Below, piece after piece: positions 32,501-38,500 of a stretch of DNA of 64,000 bases. Each line of letters begins with the position of its first letter. The stretch's first letter is position 1. This stretch comes from Candidatus Saccharimonadota bacterium. GTDB taxonomy: Bacteria > Patescibacteriota > Saccharimonadia > Saccharimonadales > UBA4665. The translations under genes and the position numbers were made by a program. The notes under the pieces are model-generated. The model was not told the origin of the DNA. It searched no databases and saw only the letters and a list, made by a program, of their open reading frames with translations. The DNA lies in NCBI GenBank assembly GCA_014378615.1, contig JACMNI010000047.1, positions 9,420 to 73,419 on the forward strand, in the 5' to 3' direction.

Positions 32501-35500
32501 ATTACTACCACCGCCACGATTCAGGGTGGCACCGTCAACGCTACCGGCGTCCTCAGCGGTAACAGCCTTAGCATAAACGCTGGCGCCTTTGCGGTTTCCA
32601 GTACCGGCGCCATCACCGCTGCTACCGGCATTACTACCAGCGGCAACCTCAGCCAAACCGGCACCGGCAGCTTCAACACCGGCACCGGCGCAGTTAGCCT
32701 CAACGGTACTACCACTGTTACCACCGGTAACAACTTTAACGTTACCAATGGCACGTCTAACTTCGGCGGTGCTGTAAACGTCCAGAGCGCCGCTGGGCTT
32801 ACTCTCGGCACGGCCAGCACAACTACAGGTAAACTGACTTTTGCCAACGCTGGCAGCGCTAGCCTAGCCGTTATTCAGGTCGGGGCTATCACTGGCGCAA
32901 CTGGTACTGGTACTTACAACGTTCCTGGTATCGCCAGCGGCGCTACCGATGAGTTCTGTCTGCGCTATTCCTCAAACTGTGGCGGTGTAACTGCTACCGG
33001 TGGCACCCAAAACTATGTTGCTAAGTTTACTAACTCCAGCACCCTCGGTATTGGTCAACTCTTCGATAATGGCAGCTTCGTCGGCGTCAACACGACTACC
33101 AATAGCGGCCAGTTAAGCATCCTCAGCAGCGGCGCTGCCCAAGCGGCTATCTTTGCTCAGGGCGCCGCCAGCGCTACCAGCCCGGTAGCTGTCATTAAGG
33201 GCGGCGCTTCACCTGGCATCGGCGGCGACTTGTTGCAACTCCAGAACTCAGCTGGCACCGTGGTCGCTAAGGTTGATGCCAGCGGTAACCTCAGCGCTGT
33301 AAATGTAAACGTATCTGGTGCTTTTGCTCAGACCGGCACCGGCAGCTTCAGCACCGGCACCGGCGCAGTGTCAATTAACGGCGCTACAACCATTGCTGCT
33401 GCCACGACTATTAACGGCACCAACCCGCTCACCGTTGGCACTGGTACCGTTACTCTAGGTTCATTGGGCGTCGGCCTAGTAAAGAGCGACATCATCGGCG
33501 TCCTAAGTAGCGGCACCGTCGACCGCAACAGCGCCAGCTACTTCAACACCACGCTCAGCGTCGCCAACGGCGGCACCGGCGCCACAACGCTCGCTTCCAA
33601 CGGAATTTTATTCGGCAACGGTACTGGCGCCTTACAAGCTACGACTTCACTCGCCGGCGCTGTACTAGTTACCGATGCCACCACCAGCATCCCAAGCCTC
33701 AGCCAAACTCTACCTGTCGCCGTTCAGGGCAACATTACTAAGACCGGCGCTCTAGCTGCCGGTTCAATCGCCACTGGCTTTGGCGTAATTAACACTGCTA
33801 GCAGCATTACAACTTCGGTTGCCCTCCAAGGTGCGACTGTTAACGCAACCGGCGTCCTCAGCGGTAACAGCCTCAGCATCAACGCTGGCGCCTTTGCCGT
33901 CTCCAGCGCTGGCGCGATTACGGCTGCTACCGGCATTACTACCAGCGGCAACCTCAGCCAAACCGGCACTGGCAGCTTCAGCACCGGCACCGGCGCAGTT
34001 TCCCTGAACGGCGCTACTACAGTAAGCTCGACGCTAGCCGTTCAAGGCGCCGCTGGCCTAACCCTCGGTGTTGCCGGTACAACTGCCGGTACGCTCAACT
34101 TTGCCAACACATCTAACACTAACGTCGGCAGCCTACAGATTGCCGCACCTAGCGGCACCGGCACCGGCAGCTACTCTATTCCTAGCATCGCCGGCGGCAC
34201 CAGCGACTTCATCTGTGTTAAGCTCATCAACAACTGTGCCAGCGTTACCGCTTCTGGTGGAACCGCTAACTACGTCGCTCGCTTCACGGGAGCTAATGCT
34301 CTTGGAATTGGCACTCTATACGACAACGGCAGCTTCGCCGGTGTAAACACCGCTACTAACAGCGGTACCCTCAGCATCCTAAGCAGCGGCGCTACCTCGG
34401 CTGCCGTCTTCGCTCAGGGCGCCGCCAGCGCTACCACCCCTGTAGCAATTATTAAAGGTGGCGCAACCCCAGGTGCCGGTGGCGACCTGGTTCAGTTCCA
34501 GACCTCAGCTGGCGCATCAGTTGCTAAGATCGACGCCAGCGGCAACATTCTTGGCGCCAGTTTTGACACCGTCGGCGCCGGCGTCCTAAACATCGGCACC
34601 ACCAACGCTACCAGCATCGCCCTCAAGCAGAACACCACCGTTACCGGTACGCTCAGTGTCAGCAATGGCCTGAGCGTAACCGCTGGAGCCAGCAGCTTTG
34701 CCGGTGCCGTAAGCCTGACTAACGGCAATAACTTAACGGTCGGTACCGGTGCAACCTCTCTTGGCGGCACCTTAGCCGTTACGGGTACCGGTACTTACAC
34801 CGGCTTGCAAACCTTTAACGGTGGCGTTACCGTCGCTAACAACAGCGCCTTTGCCCAGACCGGCACCGGCACCTTCAGTACCGGCACCGGCGCCATTAGC
34901 CTCAACGGCGCTACCACAATTGGCAGCACCCTAAACGTCAGCGGCGGCACCGTCACCGTTGGCTCAACTGGTCAATTCACTATTGGAACTAATGGCAACG
35001 TCGCAACCAGCGGCTCAGTGCTTGGCGCCAGCTTTGACGTCAACGCTGCCGGTGCACTCAGCCTCGGCACCACTAACGCTAATAGCATTGCCCTCATGAA
35101 AAACACCAGCGTTACCGGCACTCTAGCCTTTAGTGTCCTCGGCGCTGCCGGTTCAACTCAGGTTTGTCAGAACGCCAGCAACCAGCTCAGCAGCTGTTCC
35201 GTAACCTACGAAGCCACTACCGGTACCGATTTTGTCCGTAACCAGACCGCCCAGCAAACCGGCGCTAACTTCAACATCCAGGCCCGCGCCAGCAGCGTGG
35301 CAGCTACCATTCAGGGCGCCACTGGTCAGGATATTGCCAACTTTGTCAGCAGTGGCGGTGCTACCGTAGCCAAGATTGACGCCAGCGGTAACTTGACCGC
35401 CGTTCAAGGTACCTTTAGCGGCGCTGTCAACGCCAATGGTGGCGTCTTCCTCGGCGCCAACCAAAACCTATCATTGGCAACTGGCACTGGCATCATCACT

Positions 35501-38500
35501 CAGGGCTACAGCAACACCACCGGCTCTGCTAACACTACTACCGTCGCCAACACCGGTACTACCGGTGCTAACAGCGTTAACGCCATCAACCTAAGCCTGA
35601 GCGGTTCGGCCAACGGCACCGGCAGCAACACTACCACCGGCATCAACCTTGGTAACGTCGCGGCTCTATCGGGCAACGCCTTTACGGCCTTCAAGGTCGG
35701 TACTGGCTACGCCGATATCCTCAGCTACAACGGTACCAGCATCATCAACGGTTCTGGCCAGCTAAACCTCAGTCAAGTTACCAACACCCTTGGCGTTGCT
35801 AACGGGGGTACCGGCACCACCAGCCTGACCACCAACGGTATCCTGTTTGGAAATGGTACCAGCGCTATCCAAGCCACCGCCGCAGCTGCCGACAGCATCT
35901 TGGCTACCAGCGCCACTAACGTACCTGGCCTCACCCAGACGTTACCAACGGCCGTCCAGGGCAACATCGTCAAAACCGGTGCTCTAGCCCTCGGCTCGAT
36001 TGTTTCAGGCTTTGGTACCATCAACACCGGCAACACCATTACTACCAGTACTACCTTGACTGGTGGCGTCGTCAATGCCACTACTGGCTTCACCATTGGT
36101 GGCGCCGCCGCTACTGGTCAATTCCTACGCGGCAATGGCACCAACTTTGTCAGCAGCACTATTGCCGGTACCGACATTGCTGGTACTCTGTTTACCGTTG
36201 CCGGCTCAGCTGGCACCGCCCAGAACGTTGCTGGTGGAGGCACCGTATCTATCCTTAAGGGAACAAGCAACAACCTAACCACTACCGCCAGCGCCACTAA
36301 CACCCTTACTGTCGACATCATCAGCAACCCAAGCTTTAGCGGCGCTGTTACCAGCACCGCTAGTACTACCGGTTTGGTCGCCAGCGGCGCGCCAGTTGCC
36401 GGCAGCGGCATCACTTCGTTACTGCAACTTGGTGGCGCTATTGCCGCTGGCAACGTCAGCGCTAACGGCGGTACCTACTTCGGAATCAACCAGCCAGCTA
36501 CTGGCGCTGGCTCGGCCGCCGACTTCATTAACTTCCAGAACAACAATGTCGTTAAGTTGCAGGTCAGCAGCGCTGGCTTAGTCAACGCTGCTGGTGGCTT
36601 TGCCGTCGGCGCCAATACTGGCGTTTCTGCCACTTGTTCTACGGGCTTCGGCATGACCGGCAGTACGTTTACCGGCGGTATCTTGACCACTGGGACTTGT
36701 AGCCAAACAGTTGCCACTCTCCAGTCGGCCTACACTGCATCTGGTTCAACTAACCCACAGATCCTGCTCAGCTCAGCTAACGGCGGAATAAAGATCCAAG
36801 ACGGTACTACGCCAGTTACCGGCAACTTACTCCAGATTTCCAACAACGGCGGCACAACCAACTACTTTGGCGTTAGCAGCAGTGCCGTAACCGTTATTGG
36901 ATCCCTCAACGTAACCGGCGGTTACACGCAATCTGGTACCGCCAGCAACACCTTCCTCGGCGCTACAACCTTCAGCGCTGCCGGCACCGGTGCCAGCGTT
37001 ACCAACGGCTTCGCCGTCGGCACGAGCAACCAGTTTACCGTAGGTGGCACCGGTAACGTCGCTACTAGCGGTACATTTGCTCAGACCTATAGCACTGGCG
37101 CCACTGGCACCACTAACGTCAACAGTGTTAGTGCTACTAGCACCAACACCTCGGCTACCTCGGCTACGGTTAACGCCCGCAGCATAAGCTTGACGGGTAC
37201 CACTAACACTTCAGGTGGCACGCCGAATATCTTAAACGCGGTTAACCTAACCAACGTCGCGCCACTCACCGGCAACCAATTTAACGGTATCGTTATCGGT
37301 TCTGGTTACGACAACCCAATCACTATTGCCGGCAACTCAGTCTTCTCGGCTACCGGCATTATTCAGAACGGCGCCTTTGCTACCGGTACCACTTACAGCA
37401 ACATCACTAAGATTGGTACCGTTACGGCTGGTGTCTGGAACGCTTCGACAGTTACCGCCGCTTATGGTGGTACCGGTTCCAGCGCTATCCCAACTAATGG
37501 ACAGCTCTTAATCGGTAATGGTACCGGTTACACGGCCGCTAGCTTGACGACTGGTGCAGCCAGCGGCTTAACCCAGACCGCTGGTGCCGGCAGCCTCGGC
37601 TTGGCCGTCAACTTTGGTAGCGGTGCCAACCAGGTTGCCGCTGGTAACGCTAGCATCACCTGTGCTTCCGGTACTGGTAACCTAACCGGTGGTGGAACCG
37701 TTATCTCTGTCGGCGCTGGCGGCACTTGTGGCGCTATCAGTACCGTCGCTAACCCATCGTTCAACAGCCTTACTATCGCCAACACCACTAACACCAACAC
37801 CGCGCTACTCGTTCAAAACGCCAGTGGCTTCAACTCGATGACCTTCGATACCGTCAGTGGTACCCTAAAGGTCTGGGACACCAGCGTTGCTGGAACTCCA
37901 ACTAACTACGCATCAGTCAGCTACGCCAACAATACCGCCGTCTTTGCAGCTTCTAGCGGCGTTACCCAAGTCGGTGCTACTTCAGGCAACGTTACGGTTC
38001 CGCTCACCAACGCCGGCGACAACTTCCTCTACACCAAGACCAATACCGTCTCGGCCGCCTACAGCACTAGCGAATTCACTATCCAACGCGTGGTAACTGG
38101 TGGCGCCAATGCCCTTACCGGCCAAGTCTTAAAGGTCGAAAACCGCTCAACCGGAACCAACGACTCTGCCGCCGTTCTCTACGTAAACCAAAACAACACC
38201 AGCGCGACTGGTAACGTGGTTCAGGTTCAGTCTGGTGCAACTACCAACTTGTTAACCCTCGATACCGCCGGTAACTTAAACGTCAAGAACGGCTACCAGG
38301 TTAACGGTGTAGCTGGAACTAACTTGACCTGTACCGCAGGCGCCGGTCTCACTAACGCGGTTATCGCCGGCGGTATCGTTACCAGTGGTACATGTTCTGG
38401 TGGTACCGGTACACTCCAGACCTCTTACGCCAACGACACCAATACCAATGCGCAGATCCTCACTACTTCTGCTTCTAAGGGTATCCTTTTCAAGGCTGGT

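Noticed and set aside
14300-35000. Highly regular short repeats that could superficially suggest a CRISPR array or a satellite.
   Set aside because: The repeats are in-frame codon repeats within one open reading frame. There is no repeat-spacer alternation with constant-length unique spacers, and there are no cas genes.
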